In this document: positions 19,940 to 29,852 of the stretch, piece after piece
How the letters are laid out: each line of letters opens with the position of its first letter
How positions within the stretch are numbered: the first letter of the stretch is position 1
From: Patescibacteria group bacterium
GTDB taxonomy: Bacteria > Patescibacteriota > Patescibacteriia > Patescibacteriales > UBA12465
Direction: 5' to 3'
DNA length: 64,000 nt
NCBI GenBank assembly: GCA_041651195.1
Contig: JBAZJR010000001.1
Location: 7,601 to 71,600, forward strand
The notes under the pieces: generated by a model
The model's input: only the letters and a program-made list of their open reading frames with translations
What the model was told of the DNA's origin: nothing
The model's database searches: none
Made by a program: the position numbers and the translations under genes

Positions 19940-20512
19940 ATGAAAAAGACTTTAGTTATCAAAGGCGACGAATATCGCGTGGCTTTCAGCCAAGAGTCGA
20001 TCCAGATTAAGATTGCCACCATTGCCGATCAGCTTTTAGCTGACTATTCAGGGAGGGAGCAGCCGCCGATATTACTCTTGGTCTTAACGGGCGGCACTTA
20101 TTTTACCGTTGACCTATCTCGCAAGTTAGAAGAAATTGGCTTATTGCATCATCTGGACACCATCGGCCTCAAGCGCTATACGCAAGATGAATGCGGCGGA
20201 GCGGTTGAATTAATTAGTAAGCCGCACGCGGACTTGGGCGGACGCGATATCATCGTCGTCGAAGACGTCGTAGAAAATGGGGCGACTATGAATTTTTTGA
20301 ACGATTATCTAAAAAATTTAAGCGTTCCGCCGCGCTCCGTAGAATATTGCGTCCTGGGTCTCAAAGAGAACCATGGCCCTTTGAAGTTTTCAATCAAGTA
20401 TTGCTGTTTTTTGATGAAACCGGCCTGGATAGTCGGTTACGGCCTGGATTCGGATCAAGCTTATCGCGGCCTAGCCGACATTTATGAAAAAGTCGGGCCG
20501 GTCACAGGCTGA
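19940..20512 (+). CDS. hpt: hypoxanthine/guanine phosphoribosyltransferase
   Basis: PRPP-binding motif IIVVEDVVENGATM, with HPRT-like length and layout. Confidence 0.8.
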   Translation: MKKTLVIKGDEYRVAFSQESIQIKIATIADQLLADYSGREQPPILLLVLTGGTYFTVDLSRKLEEIGLLHHLDTIGLKRYTQDECGGAVELISKPHADLGGRDIIVVEDVVENGATMNFLNDYLKNLSVPPRSVEYCVLGLKENHGPLKFSIKYCCFLMKPAWIVGYGLDSDQAYRGLADIYEKVGPVTG

Positions 20513-20568
20513 GCCTAGGGGTAGCCAGGCTACAACTAAGACCCCGCCTTAGATATGTGGTATTTAAA

Positions 20569-20599
20569 AAGAGCTCTTGAATAAGAGCTCTTCTTTTTT
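20569..20599. terminator. intrinsic terminator shared by hpt (+) and tRNA-Ala (-)
   Basis: AAGAGCUCUU-GAAU-AAGAGCUCUU forms a perfect 10-bp stem flanked by an A-tract and CUUUUUU. Confidence 0.8.
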
Positions 20600-20601
20600 A
20601 G

Positions 20602-20675
20602 TGGACCCTAAGGGATTCGAACCCTTGACCCCCTGCTTGCAAAGCAGGTGCTCTGACCAGCTGAGCTAAGGGCCC
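20602..20675 (-). tRNA. tRNA-Ala (UGC)
   Basis: Acceptor GGGCCCU/AGGGUCC with the G3:U70 identity pair, anticodon loop UUUGCAA, T-arm AAGGG-UUCGAAU-CCCUU. Confidence 0.9.
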
Positions 20676-20680
20676 GCAAA

Positions 20681-20944
20681 TCAGTCTAATGATGGCGGTT
20701 GGCTGAATTTTAAGAGTGGACCGAGGAGCCAGCGCACGAAAGCCTCACCGCTACCGGTCAATGTTATGATTCCGATGAATAATAGCCCGACGCCGATCAG
20801 CTTATAGCCGAGACGTGAGCCGCCGTCAGAGCCCATCTTTTCCTCGAACCAGGCGATGCGGCCAAAGTTATTGATGAACCATTCGGTCTTGATGACCAGG
20901 GCGGCGCCGGCGGCGATAGATAGGATACCGATGACTATGGACAT
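20681..20944 (-). CDS. small membrane protein (2-3 TM), unknown function
   Basis: 87-aa ORF with hydrophobic segments at both ends. No family recognised. Confidence 0.5.
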   Translation of the reverse strand: MSIVIGILSIAAGAALVIKTEWFINNFGRIAWFEEKMGSDGGSRLGYKLIGVGLLFIGIITLTGSGEAFVRWLLGPLLKFSQPPSLD

Positions 20945-20949
20945 ATATT

Positions 20950-22245
20950 TTATCTGATATAATTAAGCGGATTATAGCGCCGACCGTTAATGATTATTTC
21001 GAAGTGGAGATGGGGGCCGGTCGAACGTCCGGTCGAGCCCATGGCCGCGATATGTTCGCCCTTACTGACCTCTTCTCCTACTTTAACAAAAAGTTTGGAG
21101 GCGTGTCCATAGCGGGTTTTTTTGCCGCCGCCATGATTAATGACTATCGTATTGCCATAACCGCCGTTCCAGCCGCTGCTCGCGATTTCAACGATACCGT
21201 CATCCGCCGCATAAATCGGCGTCCCGACCTTATTTCCGATGTCCAGTCCGTTATGGCGCCAGGAGAAGTATTGCGTGATCCGATGCCCGACAGTCGGCCA
21301 GACCATGCTGCCGCCGCTTGATTTGACGGTCGGGGTCTTCAGGAGGTTGCTGATGACATCGAGGCCAGTGTAGCTACTGGCGCTGCGGGCGATCGCGGCT
21401 GTTTCTGTAATTTTGCGGGCGCCTGGCAGGATTATCTTCTGTCCGATTTTTAGTCCGGAGCCGAGGCTATTATGGCTGATGATTTCTTCCATCCCTACGT
21501 TGTAACGGGCGGCAATCTTGGAGACCGTATCGCCGGATTTGACCGTATAAAGGACGCCGCTATATGGCAGGATAGTCAGCGTATCGCCAGGGCGGATTAA
21601 AGAATAGGCGCTCAGATTATTGGCCCAGAGGATCGTATTGACAGTCAGGCCGAAACGGTTAGCGATGGAGCTGGCTGTGTCGCCATTCTGTACGGTATAA
21701 TAGACGATTTCCGTCCGCTGCGCTACCGAACCGCCGCTTAAACCAATGGGGGCTCCAGCGCCCAATGGCTTGAAGACCATATCGTTGTCTTCGTTAAAAG
21801 CTAGCGGCTCCGTTTGACTGGAATTTTCTATAGTTAGCAGTCCGGCTTGCTTATCCAGGGTATCTTCGTCTAGATATTTCCCTTTATCAGCCGCGGTTCG
21901 GCTAGGGGCGGCCGTTTCCTCTATCAATTCTTCTTCCGCCGCCGCGAATTCCGTAGTGATCAGATTAGCCATAATGGTCCTGGAAATTGCCTTTTCCAGC
22001 AGCCCAGGCTTATTCTGATCAGTCAAGTTGGCGACAATGAATCCAGTGGTGAGAATGAATATGAACCAATAGACAGATTGATTATCGATGATCTCCCGGA
22101 GCGCCTTACGCGCCAGCTCGCTTTTTTTTAAACGGAAAATGTTATAGTATATTTTTACTAATATTCTGTAAAAAAATCCTCCGAAGAGCAAACGAAAAAA
22201 ACCGGCGTTGATCCGGAATAATCGTTTGAGCAGATTGCCTGCCAA
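20950..22245 (-). CDS. M23 family metallopeptidase with two LysM domains
   Basis: LysM repeats (YTVQNGDTASSIANRFG and YTVKSGDTVSKIAARYN). M23 motifs HNGLDI and GSTGRSTGPHLHFEI. Confidence 0.9.
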   Translation of the reverse strand: MAGNLLKRLFRINAGFFRLLFGGFFYRILVKIYYNIFRLKKSELARKALREIIDNQSVYWFIFILTTGFIVANLTDQNKPGLLEKAISRTIMANLITTEFAAAEEELIEETAAPSRTAADKGKYLDEDTLDKQAGLLTIENSSQTEPLAFNEDNDMVFKPLGAGAPIGLSGGSVAQRTEIVYYTVQNGDTASSIANRFGLTVNTILWANNLSAYSLIRPGDTLTILPYSGVLYTVKSGDTVSKIAARYNVGMEEIISHNSLGSGLKIGQKIILPGARKITETAAIARSASSYTGLDVISNLLKTPTVKSSGGSMVWPTVGHRITQYFSWRHNGLDIGNKVGTPIYAADDGIVEIASSGWNGGYGNTIVINHGGGKKTRYGHASKLFVKVGEEVSKGEHIAAMGSTGRSTGPHLHFEIIINGRRYNPLNYIR

Positions 22246-22425
22246 GCGCAGGGCCTTGATGCCGGCTAATCCGGCCTCGATCTTTAATTTTTTAAGTTGT
22301 GAATTTATGGAGGGGCTGATATGTTTTAAACTAAGCTCTTACTTATACTATCATTTTTGAACTTTTATCGTCAATTTATGATATAATTATAAAAATCGAG
22401 CTGACAAGATAATATTAAAAGGTTT

Positions 22426-23166
22426 ATGTATAAGATAGTTTTTTTACGGCACGGAGAAAGCACTTGGAATAAGAAAGGATTATTTACCGGCTGGACCGAC
22501 GTCGGTTTGACGAAACGAGGAGAAGCCGAGGCGCGGGCGGGCGGCCGAGCTTTGAAAAAGGGCGGCTTTGTCTTTGATCTGGCTTATACTTCGATGTTGA
22601 GACGGGCGAGCCGGACTTTGCGTCTAGTTTTACGGGAGATGAAAGAAAAAAATATACCAGTGACAGCGGATTGGCGCCTTAATGAGAGGCATTACGGTAA
22701 CCTGCAAGGCCTGGATAAAAAAGAGATGGCTAAAAAATTCGGCGAAGGCCAGGTGCTTATCTGGCGGCGCAGTTATGATATCCGGCCCCCGAAGATTAAT
22801 AGTCGGAATAAATATGATCAAAGATCCAATAAAAAATATAAAGGGATCAGGGTGCCGGTTACCGAGAGCCTGAAAGACGTGGTCGCGCGGGTGATGCCTC
22901 TATGGCGGGAGGAGATTGTGCCGCAGATCAAGGCCGGCAAGAAGATAATCATCGCGGCGAGCGGCAATAGCTTGCGCGCCATCGTTAAATATTTAGATAA
23001 GGTCGCGCCGCAGGACATCGTCGGCTTGAATATCCCGACCGGCATACCCTTGGTTTATGAATTAGATAAAAATTTGAAACCGTTACGGCATTATTATTTA
23101 GCTTCTCCCCGGGAGCTCAAGATGGCTCTGGAGAGAGTCAAGAACCAGGGGAAGGCGAAGTCCTGA
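22426..23166 (+). CDS. gpmA: 2,3-bisphosphoglycerate-dependent phosphoglycerate mutase
   Basis: LRHGESTWNKKGLFTGWTDVGL and ERHYG motifs. Confidence 0.9.
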   Translation: MYKIVFLRHGESTWNKKGLFTGWTDVGLTKRGEAEARAGGRALKKGGFVFDLAYTSMLRRASRTLRLVLREMKEKNIPVTADWRLNERHYGNLQGLDKKEMAKKFGEGQVLIWRRSYDIRPPKINSRNKYDQRSNKKYKGIRVPVTESLKDVVARVMPLWREEIVPQIKAGKKIIIAASGNSLRAIVKYLDKVAPQDIVGLNIPTGIPLVYELDKNLKPLRHYYLASPRELKMALERVKNQGKAKS

Positions 23167-23212
23167 TCTAATCTAAAAAACGCCTTTAATCATAAGGCGT
23201 TTTTTAATCGGT

Positions 23213-24127
23213 CTATTGTACGATGATCGGGAAAGGTTTCTTTCGGCCGTAGGGCTTCGGTCCGGTCTTGAGACAATAATCCGCCAAGCCTTTCTTGAAA
23301 TAAGGCGGACGGCTCGCCTGGATAAAGCCGATGAGATAGTAACTGGCGGAGATCAGCGTCGCGAAATCCGCGTCTTTCGGTAATTTAATATCCCAGCGGT
23401 TTTTAGGCAGTCCGAAGAATTTATTCTGGCCGAAAGCGATCACCAGTTCCCGCGTTGATTGGCAGATGAACTTAGCGTGCCGGGCGTTGCCTTCGGAGTA
23501 GGCGCGTAAGCTGGAATAAGGTCCGAATAATTCATCGTCTTTGACATTGATCATGTCGACTATCGGCCGGTAGCGGTCGGGCAGGATGAAAGTAAAATAG
23601 CGATAAGCGCTGAAATTTCTCGGTAACTTTATTTTTTTCAAGAAGGCCTTGATAGCCGCGGGTTTTTCCCCGGTCGCGTCAAGGATCATGCCTAGGTAAG
23701 TGGAGAAATTATAAGAATAAGGTTCCGGAGATTTAGGGAAAGAGAAAGTTCGATCGGCTAGTCGGGCGCCGGTCGAGTCCGGGTTGCAAGTTAAGAGAGC
23801 GGTTCGTAGCCCGGCTCGTTTAGCCGCTTTGATTTCCCAAATCGCGTCTTTCTCGCCGGAAGCGGAAATAATGGTGGCCTCTTTGATCGTGCCATTCTTG
23901 ATCAGAGAGCCGTATATCTTGAGTTGTCGCAAGAAATTTCCTTCATCGGCAAAGAAAGCGGCGCGGTCGCCAAAGAGCATCCGGCCAGTATTATAAGCAT
24001 TGACGCTGCCGATAACAAAACCGGCTGAACTTTTCTTCAGCTTAAGGCCGGGCAGCTTATTTTTTATAAAAAAATCAAGTCCCCTTAAGACACTTTCGTT
24101 TAGATTAGGTAAATTATCATTCTTCAT
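23213..24127 (-). CDS. SIS-domain-like sugar phosphate-binding protein (tentative)
   Basis: IISASGEKDAIWEIKAAKRAGLRTALLTCNPDS resembles the SIS SxSG...AK..G...ITxxxxS pattern. Confidence 0.4.
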   Translation of the reverse strand: MKNDNLPNLNESVLRGLDFFIKNKLPGLKLKKSSAGFVIGSVNAYNTGRMLFGDRAAFFADEGNFLRQLKIYGSLIKNGTIKEATIISASGEKDAIWEIKAAKRAGLRTALLTCNPDSTGARLADRTFSFPKSPEPYSYNFSTYLGMILDATGEKPAAIKAFLKKIKLPRNFSAYRYFTFILPDRYRPIVDMINVKDDELFGPYSSLRAYSEGNARHAKFICQSTRELVIAFGQNKFFGLPKNRWDIKLPKDADFATLISASYYLIGFIQASRPPYFKKGLADYCLKTGPKPYGRKKPFPIIVQ

Positions 24128-24249
24128 AGATTTTGCTTTATTTTAGAGCTATTTTTATTATAATTCATCTTGATTTTTATTTCAATTTTTGGTAGGATAA
24201 AGCCAGGACGACCGCTTGTCGCCCTAATTTTAAGAATCACTATTAGTTT

Positions 24250-24969
24250 ATGTCCGGACACTCCAAATGGGCGACAACGCATCGCCAGAAAGAATTAGTT
24301 GACGCGAAACGCGGCGCTATCTTTACTAAGTTAGCCAATATCATAACGATTGCCGCCAAGAAGGGCGGCGATCCGAACTCTAACCCGTCTCTGCGGGCGG
24401 CCGTCGACCGGGCGCGCGATGCCAGCATGCCGAAAGATAATATCGAGCGGGCAATCAAGAAAGGCACCGGCGAATTGGCCGGCGACCAGATCGAAGAGCT
24501 GTATTATGAAGGAATCGTCCCGCCTGGCGTACAAATAGTAGTCAAATGCGTGACGGATAATAAGAACCGTTCCGGTTCGACGATTCGCCATCTCTTTACT
24601 AAAAACGGCGGTGCGTTCAGCGCGGTCTTATGGAATTTTTCGCAGCTCGGAGTCATCAGGATCGCGAGCGATGAGGTCAGGGACAAGAAACTGAGCAATG
24701 AAGATCTGGAATTAGCCTTGATCGATCAGGGCGTCGTGGATTTCCAGAAAGAAGCCGAAGGGTTGACGGTCTATACCGAAGTGAAAGATTTGCAGGTTAT
24801 CCGTGAATTTTTAGAACAGAAAGGATTGAAGCTGGCTGCCGTAGAAATCGAATACGTCGCCAAAGACAAGATGAACCTGGCGCCTGCCGAACAAGAAAAG
24901 CTGGATAAGTTTTTTGACGAGCTGGACGCGAATGAAGATGTCAGCGATTATTATTCTAATTTATCATAG
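24250..24969 (+). CDS. yebC: YebC/PmpR family DNA-binding regulator
   Basis: MSGHSKWATTHRQKELVDAKRGAIFTKL is the family signature. Confidence 0.9.
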   Translation: MSGHSKWATTHRQKELVDAKRGAIFTKLANIITIAAKKGGDPNSNPSLRAAVDRARDASMPKDNIERAIKKGTGELAGDQIEELYYEGIVPPGVQIVVKCVTDNKNRSGSTIRHLFTKNGGAFSAVLWNFSQLGVIRIASDEVRDKKLSNEDLELALIDQGVVDFQKEAEGLTVYTEVKDLQVIREFLEQKGLKLAAVEIEYVAKDKMNLAPAEQEKLDKFFDELDANEDVSDYYSNLS

Positions 24970-24980
24970 CCGGCGTCCGT

Positions 24981-25469
24981 ATGGCGAAAATAATCTTAGG
25001 TCTGGATCCCGGCATCGCTGATACCGGGTATGGCGTCATCAAAGCCGAGGGGTCCAAGCTCACTTGCTTGGCTTATGGTTCCATCAAGACCAAGGCCGGT
25101 GAAGATCTGGTCAAGCGCTTGGACACCCTCCATCTAGAACTCGACAAGATTATCAAGAAGTACCGGCCGCAATCGGCCGCGGTAGAAGCTTTATTTTTCA
25201 ATAAGAATGTCCGGACGGCGCTCATTGTCGGCCAGGCGCGCGGCGTCGTCTTGCTGACGCTTAGCCAGAATAAATTGGCGATGATCGATGTGACCCCATC
25301 GCAAGTTAAGCAGGCTGTTGCCGCTTACGGCCAAGCCTCTAAATTACAAGTGCAGAAGATGGTTAAATTGATTTTGAATTTAAAAGAATTGCCGCGCCCT
25401 GATGACGCGGCCGATGCTTTAGCGGTCGCTATCTGCGCGTTAAATTCCCGCCTATGCCCAGGAAATTGA
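24981..25469 (+). CDS. ruvC: crossover junction endodeoxyribonuclease RuvC
   Basis: ILGLDPGIADTGYGVI and a C-terminal PDDAADALAVAIC. It follows yebC, the usual synteny. Confidence 0.9.
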   Translation: MAKIILGLDPGIADTGYGVIKAEGSKLTCLAYGSIKTKAGEDLVKRLDTLHLELDKIIKKYRPQSAAVEALFFNKNVRTALIVGQARGVVLLTLSQNKLAMIDVTPSQVKQAVAAYGQASKLQVQKMVKLILNLKELPRPDDAADALAVAICALNSRLCPGN

Positions 25470-26926
25470 AAATCGTCCATATCGCTTCAGAGGTCGCTCC
25501 TTTTTCCAAGACTGGCGGCTTGGGCAGCGTCGCGCGCAGCTTACCGAAGGCTTTGAGCCGCTTAGGCCAAGAAGTGATTATCATCACGCCGCTTTACGGT
25601 CGGCTGATCGATAAGCAGGCTCATAAATTAGAATTACTCTTTCCGAATATCAGCTTGCGCCTTAATTCGCAGGAAAAGATCAGGGTCAATTATTGGCGCG
25701 GCTATTTATTGCCGGATCTTCCGGTATATTTCGTCGAATATAAGAAATTTTTTTCCAAGCATCGCCGGCTTTACGGTTCCACGCGCGAAAACGCGCGTTT
25801 TTTAGTCTTTAATGTGGCCGCTCTTAAATTATTATCCCTGTTGAAATTCTCCGCTGACATCATCCAGTGCCATGATTGGCAGGCTGGCCTGATCCCTTAT
25901 TATCTGAAGACCGACTTCCGCTATTCTAAGACTTTAAAGCAAGCGCGGACGATATTTACGATCCATAACCTCTCCTTCCAGTTCGGGCATGATTGGTGGA
26001 CGGTCGCGCCTAAGAACAAGGATTATGGCCGCGGGAAATTGCCGCATCTGGACGACCCGAAATTGGAATATATTAATTTCGCCAAACGGGGAATTCTGGC
26101 CGCGGACTTCATCAATACGGTCAGCGAGCAGTATCGGGATGAGATCATGACTAAGAAATTCGGCCAGAATCTGCACCGTATCCTTCAACATCGCGCCGAC
26201 CGTCTCACCGGGATTATCAATGGCATCGATTACAATCTCTATAATCCGGAGCAGGATCGCGCTATCCATCAGCGTTATAGCTTTAAAGATCCCGCTGCCA
26301 AGTTAAGTAATAAGGCTTATCTGCAGAAGCTTTTTAAATTACCGCTCCGTCCCGAGGCGCCTGTGTTCTGTATGACTTCGCGCGTGACTTTCCAGAAGGG
26401 TTTCGGCTTGATTATCGCGACCCTGCCTCGCCTCTTGGAATTAGACGCGCAGTTCATTATTATTGGCGCCGGCGATCGGCAATATATCAAAGAATTGCAA
26501 AAAATTGCCCGCCGTCATCCGCAGAAGCTGGCCGTGATCCCATCGCACGAAGCGAATCAGAAATATGAAACTCAGGTCTATGCCGGCGCGGATTTTTTTC
26601 TCCTGACTTCCAATCATGAGCCATGCGGCATCAACCAATTGATCGCTATGCGCTATGGCTGCGTACCGATCGTCCGGGCGACCGGCGGCCTGCATGATAC
26701 GGTCGAGAATTTTTCACTTCTGCGGCGGCATAGCACCGGATTTACCTTCAAGCACGAAGACCCGGCCGATCTTCAGGCAGCGATCAACCGGGCGCTCAAA
26801 GTCTATTCCCGCCGTAAAATTTGGGCCAGCCTGGTCAAGCAGGTGATGCAGCAGTCGAATGGCTGGGAAATCCCGGCTAAGAAATATCTGGCTTTATATC
26901 GTAAGGTTTTAAAAGATAAGCGTTAA
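25454..26926 (+). CDS. glgA: glycogen/starch synthase (GT5)
   Basis: KIVHIASEVAPFSKTGGLGSV (KTGGL motif) and a C-terminal EPCGINQL block. Confidence 0.9.
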   Translation: MPRKLKIVHIASEVAPFSKTGGLGSVARSLPKALSRLGQEVIIITPLYGRLIDKQAHKLELLFPNISLRLNSQEKIRVNYWRGYLLPDLPVYFVEYKKFFSKHRRLYGSTRENARFLVFNVAALKLLSLLKFSADIIQCHDWQAGLIPYYLKTDFRYSKTLKQARTIFTIHNLSFQFGHDWWTVAPKNKDYGRGKLPHLDDPKLEYINFAKRGILAADFINTVSEQYRDEIMTKKFGQNLHRILQHRADRLTGIINGIDYNLYNPEQDRAIHQRYSFKDPAAKLSNKAYLQKLFKLPLRPEAPVFCMTSRVTFQKGFGLIIATLPRLLELDAQFIIIGAGDRQYIKELQKIARRHPQKLAVIPSHEANQKYETQVYAGADFFLLTSNHEPCGINQLIAMRYGCVPIVRATGGLHDTVENFSLLRRHSTGFTFKHEDPADLQAAINRALKVYSRRKIWASLVKQVMQQSNGWEIPAKKYLALYRKVLKDKR

Positions 26927-26931
26927 CTACT

Positions 26932-28116
26932 ATGCTTTGGATTAATTTTTTACATTTTTATCAGCCGGCTAACGCCGAATATTATAATATCCGCAAAGCG
27001 CTGGACAAAAGCTATTGGCGCCTGCTGCGTTTGATGGAAGAGCGACCTGGCTTGCGGATGACCTGGAATGTGAGCGGCTGCCTTTTAGAGAGGTTGGAGT
27101 CGGACAAAGAGACGGCTTTCCTGGAGCGTTTGAAATTCTTGGTCCGCAAAGGCCGCCTTGAACTCACGGGCTCGGCCGCTTATCATGGCTTCCTTCCGCT
27201 ATTGCCGGAAGACGAGATCGTCAGGCAGATCAAGGCTAACGAGAAGATTTTGCGGCATTTCTTTGGCCGGAGTTTCAAGCCGAGCGGTTTCTTTTTGCCG
27301 GAAATGGCCTATTCCGTGGCGGTAGCTAAAGTTATTAAACGTTTGGGTTATGACTGGATCATCCTGGGCGAGCCGGCTTATAATGGCGGCCAAGCGCGAG
27401 CCGGCCGGCCGGAACCGGATAAATATTATCTTGACGCGGCTAGTGGCCTGAAAGTAGTTTTCCGTAATCGGGAATTTTCCAACTCTTATCCGCCGGATAA
27501 ATTATGGCCGTTATTCAAGAAAGCGGCCGTCGGCACCTATATTACTGCGACTGACGCCGAGCTCTATGGTTTGCGCCATGAAGATCCGACCGCGGAATTA
27601 GAGAAGATGACTAGGGTTAAAAACTTGCAGACCATGACCGTCTCCCGCTTTATCAAGCGCGCCGGCGGCCGGCCAGCCGCGACGATCAAGGTCTGGCCCT
27701 CTTCCTGGGAATCGACGCCAGAAGAAATCCGCTCCGGCCGGCCCTATCAGCTTTGGCTCGACAAGAGCAATAAGATCCAGGTCGTCCTTTGGAAATTAGC
27801 TGCTTTGGCCTTGGCTATGGGTCGGAAATATCCGGCGGATAAGAACTATTATTGGTACCGCTGGCATCTGTCGCGCGGTTTAGCCAGTTGCACTTTCTGG
27901 TGGGCGAGCGCCCGGGATTTTTCCAAGGTCTATGGTCCTTACGCCTGGAGCCCGGACGACATTATCCGCGGCTTAGAAGACCTGATCCGGGCGGTCCGTT
28001 CTTTCGTCAACCCTAAGACTAAGAAACAGAAGCTGGAAGCGGAGAAATATTATTTGCGCGCGCAGAAGCTGATCTGGGAAAAGCATTGGAAAAAATATTG
28101 GCAGAAGATCATATGA
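26932..28116 (+). CDS. glycoside hydrolase family 57-like protein (tentative)
   Basis: N-terminal INFLHFYQP block and a position in the glycogen cluster. Called by eye only. Confidence 0.5.
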   Translation: MLWINFLHFYQPANAEYYNIRKALDKSYWRLLRLMEERPGLRMTWNVSGCLLERLESDKETAFLERLKFLVRKGRLELTGSAAYHGFLPLLPEDEIVRQIKANEKILRHFFGRSFKPSGFFLPEMAYSVAVAKVIKRLGYDWIILGEPAYNGGQARAGRPEPDKYYLDAASGLKVVFRNREFSNSYPPDKLWPLFKKAAVGTYITATDAELYGLRHEDPTAELEKMTRVKNLQTMTVSRFIKRAGGRPAATIKVWPSSWESTPEEIRSGRPYQLWLDKSNKIQVVLWKLAALALAMGRKYPADKNYYWYRWHLSRGLASCTFWWASARDFSKVYGPYAWSPDDIIRGLEDLIRAVRSFVNPKTKKQKLEAEKYYLRAQKLIWEKHWKKYWQKII

Positions 28117-29135
28117 ATAAAATATTATCATTATTCGACGAATCCTTCGTGATTGATCTATTTACTAAGGAGGTTCTCCCTCATTATCCAGCCTTCAAGT
28201 CGGTCAGCCGGGTTAAGATCAAGGCGCACAAGAATCTGATCTGGGAGACGACTTACCATGTGGTCATCGGTTTTAGCACTTATTTTTTGAAAGCGAACGG
28301 GGAAGAGGTTAAGATTCCGATCTTCTGTTCCGCCCATAGCGAGGAGACGCGAGATAATGTCTATCAGGCGCTTAAATATTTGTGGCGGGCGCATCTGCCG
28401 ACTAAGTTTATCGATATCCCCGACCCCTTATTTTATTCGGAATATTTCCAGGGGACTTTTTATCGCGGTCTGCGCGGCCATAATCTGCTCCATTACATCA
28501 AGCAGCAGGATTTTCGGGCCGTCAAGCAATTGGTGCCGCTAGCCGCCAAATTATTCGCCCGCCTGCACCGCTTGCCGACGGCGGAAGCCGTTAATTTTAA
28601 TCCGCTCAATTCCCGGATCGCGACCGTCGTGCCGGGCGTAAACCGGATCCAGGAAGAAGTCCTGGCGCGCTACCACGGCAAATATCAGCCGGTCTTGCGG
28701 CAATTTTATGATTATTTCATCGCCCGAGAAGAAAAATATTTCGTCGACGGCGGCGCGAGCGCGCTGATTCACGGCGACGCGCATCCGGAAAACATCCTGG
28801 CAACCGGCATCAAGCGCTTGGGCCTGATTGATTTTACGGATATGTGCTTGGGCGATCCGGCCCGCGATGTCGGCAGTTTCTTGCAGCAGCTGGATTATAA
28901 GATCATCGGCAAGACCGGCGAAGCTGGCCAGGCCAAAGCCGTCAAGAAATTATTTTTGGATACTTATCTGAGCGCCGCCAAACAGGAGCTTACTCCGGAA
29001 TTCCAGGCCCGGATCGACCTTTATTATAATTGGACGACCCTGCGGACGGCGATTTTCTGGTTGCTCAAGTTTGAGCACGATGAAGCGCGGGCGAATGTCC
29101 TGCTAGAGCAGATTAAGAATAATTTGCCGATGTAA
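28113..29135 (+). CDS. aminoglycoside-phosphotransferase-fold kinase (possibly a sugar kinase of the glycogen cluster)
   Basis: HGDAHPENIL and IDFTDMCLGDPARDV (Brenner and DFG-like motifs). I chose the ATG at 28113 because it overlaps the upstream stop (ATGA). Confidence 0.65.
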   Translation: MNKILSLFDESFVIDLFTKEVLPHYPAFKSVSRVKIKAHKNLIWETTYHVVIGFSTYFLKANGEEVKIPIFCSAHSEETRDNVYQALKYLWRAHLPTKFIDIPDPLFYSEYFQGTFYRGLRGHNLLHYIKQQDFRAVKQLVPLAAKLFARLHRLPTAEAVNFNPLNSRIATVVPGVNRIQEEVLARYHGKYQPVLRQFYDYFIAREEKYFVDGGASALIHGDAHPENILATGIKRLGLIDFTDMCLGDPARDVGSFLQQLDYKIIGKTGEAGQAKAVKKLFLDTYLSAAKQELTPEFQARIDLYYNWTTLRTAIFWLLKFEHDEARANVLLEQIKNNLPM

Positions 29136-29142
29136 TAATCAT

Positions 29143-29709
29143 ATGGTTCACCATCTCATTTTCGAAGGAGCGGAGTTGGCCGGCAAGAGCTGGGTCATGT
29201 CGCAAATCTATCATGACCTGGAACCGCGCGCCGCCGCCAGCGCTAATGTGCTGGATGGCTGCTATTGGCTTAACTGCGATCTCGGATTCTTCGGAACCGA
29301 ACTGGCCGCGCCAATGGTCCAGAATTATTTGGAGATTTTTCGGACTTTGCATGGAAAAAATCTGCTGATAGAGAAATTCAGCCTTTCCGCCCAGGTATAT
29401 AGCGAGCTCTATGGCGCCGGCTCTATAGATCGCCCGGCGATCGAGAAGGAATTAGGCAAGTCAGGATTTAGAACCATCCTTCTGACCTTTCCGGAGGATC
29501 AAGCGCTGATCCAGGATCGTCTTGATGACCGCCTCAGGCTTTACCCGGATTATCGGCGGATCGCCAAAGCGCCGGAATTCTATATCCGCCAGCAGCGGCT
29601 CTATCTAGAAAGAGCCAAAGACAGCTTCCTGGATTATCTGGTTTTGGAGGTAGAGAAGTTCCCCGACGAGAGGGCGGTCGCGCAGATTAAGGCGTGGATC
29701 AACGGCTAG
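29143..29709 (+). CDS. P-loop nucleotide-kinase-like protein, unknown specificity
   Basis: Walker A-like FEGAELAGKS near the N-terminus, with the ~190-aa size typical of dNK/TMPK-like kinases. Confidence 0.45.
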   Translation: MVHHLIFEGAELAGKSWVMSQIYHDLEPRAAASANVLDGCYWLNCDLGFFGTELAAPMVQNYLEIFRTLHGKNLLIEKFSLSAQVYSELYGAGSIDRPAIEKELGKSGFRTILLTFPEDQALIQDRLDDRLRLYPDYRRIAKAPEFYIRQQRLYLERAKDSFLDYLVLEVEKFPDERAVAQIKAWING

Positions 29710-29852
29710 GCCTTGCGGTGAGGCTATTTCCAAGGTTAAGCGGTTTACTATATTAATATATTTGGCTTTTATTAGAAGATTATTTTAAATTGTCTAGACA
29801 AAATTGTAATATTGTGGTATTATATTTAGATGTAAAAATAAGTTTAGAGCAT